Positions 48,371 to 50,686 of a stretch of 50,686 bases of DNA are shown one piece after another. The translations under genes were made by a program, and so were the position numbers. The DNA is from a bacterium (GTDB lineage: Bacteria; Zhuqueibacterota; Zhuqueibacteria; Zhuqueibacterales; Zhuqueibacteraceae). The stretch spans positions 1 through 50,686 of the forward strand of contig JBIOXB010000218.1 in assembly GCA_044869275.1 (NCBI GenBank). The letters are read 5' to 3'. A model generated the notes under the pieces. That model was not told where the DNA came from. It did no database searches and was given only the letters and a program-made list of their open reading frames with translations. Position 1 is the first letter of the stretch. Each line of letters starts with the position of its first letter.

Positions 48371-49663
48371 CTATTCCGATGGGGATGAAAGCTTGAGATA
48401 CTGGACTTCCTCCCGGCCTTTTTGTTCATCCACAAAATACAGCAGCACACCGCCGGCGATAAACAGGACGGCAATCGAAGCGATGCCGGCGCGCGAATTG
48501 TGCGAAATCATTCCGGTAAAGCCGATCAAAAGCGGGCCGAAGATCACGGCAAATTTTCCCAAAAGATTGTAAAAGCCGTAAAACTCCGCAGCTTGATCGT
48601 GTGGAATCAGGCGTGCATAAAAAGAACGGCTCAAGGCTTGGATGCCGCCCTGCACGAAACCGATGGTCACCGCCAGCGCATAGAACTCGAATTTCTCCGT
48701 CATTTGCACCGCCCAAATCACCACCAGCAGATACACCCCGATGCCGAGGAAGATCGCGCGCTTGGCGCCGATTTTTTCCCCGAGTTTCCCGAACACAATG
48801 GCGCAAGGAAAGCCGACGAATTGCGTGATCAACAAGGCCACGATCAAATCTTTGCTTTGGAAGCCGATCGACATGCCGTAGTCAACCGCCATGCGAATGA
48901 TGGTGTCGACGCCGTCAATATAAAGCCAATAGGCTGCCAGGAAAAGAAACACGGTGCGCAAGTGGCGCACTTTATGAAAAGTGCGCTGCAATTGCTGCCA
49001 GCCGGCGCGCATTGCGCTTTGGGATTTCACTTTCTCCCGCAAACGCGGCTCATTCACAAAGAGTATCAGCGGCAGCAAAAACAATCCCCACCACACCGCG
49101 ACGCTGAGGAATGAAATGCGCACGGCTTCGGCCGCACTGGCCAGGCCGAATGTCGCGGGACTCAACGTCATCCAGACATTCAGCGCGAAGAGCAAGCCAC
49201 CGCCGAGATAACCCATGGCATAACCCAGCGATGAAACCAAATCGATTCTTTTCTCGTCGACGATGGCCGGCAACAGCGCGTCATAAAAAATCAGGCTGCC
49301 GGAAAATCCCATAATCCCCACAGCATAGGTGAGCGCGGCCCCCAACCACGTGCCGGGGGGCACAAAAAACAGCGCGCCGGAAGCGAGCGCGCCCAGATAA
49401 CCAAAAAAAATCAGAAAGGCCTTCTTTTGTCTGCCGGCGTCGGCGATGGCTCCCAAAAACGGCGCGAGCGCAGCCACAAAAACGCTGGCAAGAGAATTGG
49501 CAAGGCCCAGCATCGCCGTGCTCTTTGTCACTTCCGCACCCTGGCTCCAATACTCTTTGAAAAAAATGGGAAAGAAACCGGCCATGACCGTGGTGGCAAA
49601 AGCAGAATTAGCCCAATCATACATGCTCCAGCCGAATTCCTGCTTGTTGTGGAAGAGAGCCAT
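48371..49663 (-). CDS. MFS transporter (UMF1/Atg22-like)
   Basis: 'W.MYDWANSAF.TTV', 'SS.GYAMGYLGG', 'QALSRS.Y..LIP', many TM segments. Confidence 0.92.
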   Translation of the reverse strand: MALFHNKQEFGWSMYDWANSAFATTVMAGFFPIFFKEYWSQGAEVTKSTAMLGLANSLASVFVAALAPFLGAIADAGRQKKAFLIFFGYLGALASGALFFVPPGTWLGAALTYAVGIMGFSGSLIFYDALLPAIVDEKRIDLVSSLGYAMGYLGGGLLFALNVWMTLSPATFGLASAAEAVRISFLSVAVWWGLFLLPLILFVNEPRLREKVKSQSAMRAGWQQLQRTFHKVRHLRTVFLFLAAYWLYIDGVDTIIRMAVDYGMSIGFQSKDLIVALLITQFVGFPCAIVFGKLGEKIGAKRAIFLGIGVYLLVVIWAVQMTEKFEFYALAVTIGFVQGGIQALSRSFYARLIPHDQAAEFYGFYNLLGKFAVIFGPLLIGFTGMISHNSRAGIASIAVLFIAGGVLLYFVDEQKGREEVQYLKLSSPSE

Positions 49664-49917
49664 GGTGTCTCCGTTTTATTCGTATTCGAGCTCGTTGCGC
49701 AAAAAAATGCGCAAGCTTTCCTCGTCAATCAAGAGCGTGAGCAATTTGTGCTGCAAATGGCAAAAGTGCAACTTGAATTTTCTCAATCATCATGCGCCGG
49801 ACTTGCCGGCGCAGATGTTGAATTGCAAATCTAAAATGTTTTCGCTATTTTGCTCTGTGGGCGGAGCTTCTTGTGCAACCATGATTTCGGCTTTCATCTA
49901 TTTTGCCCTCCACGGCA

Positions 49918-50686
49918 ATGAAATATCTCCTCGCTTTTATGCCGTTGTTGAGCTTGCTGTTGCTGGCCTGCCCGCAGACCGGCGACAGGCTATTTCAAAA
50001 CCAGGCGGACGAAAATATTTACGATCGCTTCACCACCAAAGCAATCGTGCCGAGTTCGCAGTTACCGGAGCGCTTGACGCGCGTCAAGTTTTTTCCAAAT
50101 GCACGCGACCTGTTGGCCCTGGGACAAGGCGGGCAAGTTTTTCATCTGGTGCTGGAGCAAGATTCGGGGCGCTTTTTAGGCTCATTCAACATTCCCGAAG
50201 TGGCGCCGGGTCCGTCCGAAATCGGCTTGACGGACGCCGCCTTCGATCCGCAATTTGAAGCCAACGGGTTCGTCTATTTTTGCTTCACCACCGGTGACAA
50301 CCGCTGGAATCGCATCGTGCGCATGCAGTGGTCGAACAATTACGCGGCCATTGTGAATTCGACCACGCTGATTTTGAACATCGATCGCGTAGCGCCGGCG
50401 CAAGCTATTCACGGCATTTATGCCCTGGCCTTTGGCGAGGACGGGTATTTGTACGCCACTATCGGCGACGCCGCTCAGGGGCCATCCGCGCAAGATCCAG
50501 CTTCCTTGCTGGGCAAATTGATCCGCATCGCACCACAGCCTTCCGGGGGGTATGGCATCCCCCCGGACAATCCTTATCTCGGCGACCGCCTGGTGCGCCC
50601 CGAGATCGCGGCGTTCGGACTGCGCAGCCCCTTTCGGCTGCTGGCCTGGCGCGGCAAAATTCTCATTAGCGACGTGGGCATGAATC
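49918..50686 (+). CDS. PQQ-dependent sugar (glucose/sorbosone) dehydrogenase-family lipoprotein, truncated by the window end
   Basis: Own translation MKYLLAF..LLACP...'FDPQFEANGFVY'...'FGEDGYLYATIGD'...'LLGKLIRI'...'IPPDNPY'...'GLRSPFR'...'DVG'; not in the ORF track because it has no stop. Confidence 0.85.
   Translation, partial: MKYLLAFMPLLSLLLLACPQTGDRLFQNQADENIYDRFTTKAIVPSSQLPERLTRVKFFPNARDLLALGQGGQVFHLVLEQDSGRFLGSFNIPEVAPGPSEIGLTDAAFDPQFEANGFVYFCFTTGDNRWNRIVRMQWSNNYAAIVNSTTLILNIDRVAPAQAIHGIYALAFGEDGYLYATIGDAAQGPSAQDPASLLGKLIRIAPQPSGGYGIPPDNPYLGDRLVRPEIAAFGLRSPFRLLAWRGKILISDVGMN

Overview
Bacterial chromosomal window. The secreted proteins end in 'NYPNPFNP' FlgD/T9SS-A-like tails, which suggests an FCB-superphylum organism such as KSB1 or Calditrichota (inference). 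Bases 1-10.7 kb hold a tandem array of three paralogous secreted FG-GAP beta-propeller proteins with swapped stalk and effector modules. They share a conserved ~330-nt non-coding leader; one copy has a sigma-54-type promoter with candidate enhancer repeats, and another carries a 139-bp MITE whose empty site is visible in the sister copy. The rest is mostly housekeeping: a TPR membrane protein, a divergent YchF, a WrbA-like flavoprotein, OmpA, DUF3078, mscL, LysM, aroA, aroE, an esterase, thiolase, aldehyde dehydrogenase, a phoU-pstSCAB-pstB operon, enoyl-CoA hydratase, an Rrf2-led suf operon extended with sufT, a bacilliredoxin and a second sufU, pfk-gap-tpiA-secG-tRNA-Leu (no pgk), a pseudo-amidohydrolase fusion, a trypsin-like lipoprotein, an MFS transporter and a partial sugar dehydrogenase. 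The most interesting signals are: (1) a phosphate ABC importer with two reciprocally degenerate PstB subunits and a PhoU fused to a Cys-less LMW-phosphatase/ArsC domain; (2) 7-bp-periodic inverted-repeat elements of unrelated sequence but identical architecture inside housekeeping operons; (3) the conserved structured leader of the FG-GAP array. All calls come from reading motifs by eye; no database searches were run.
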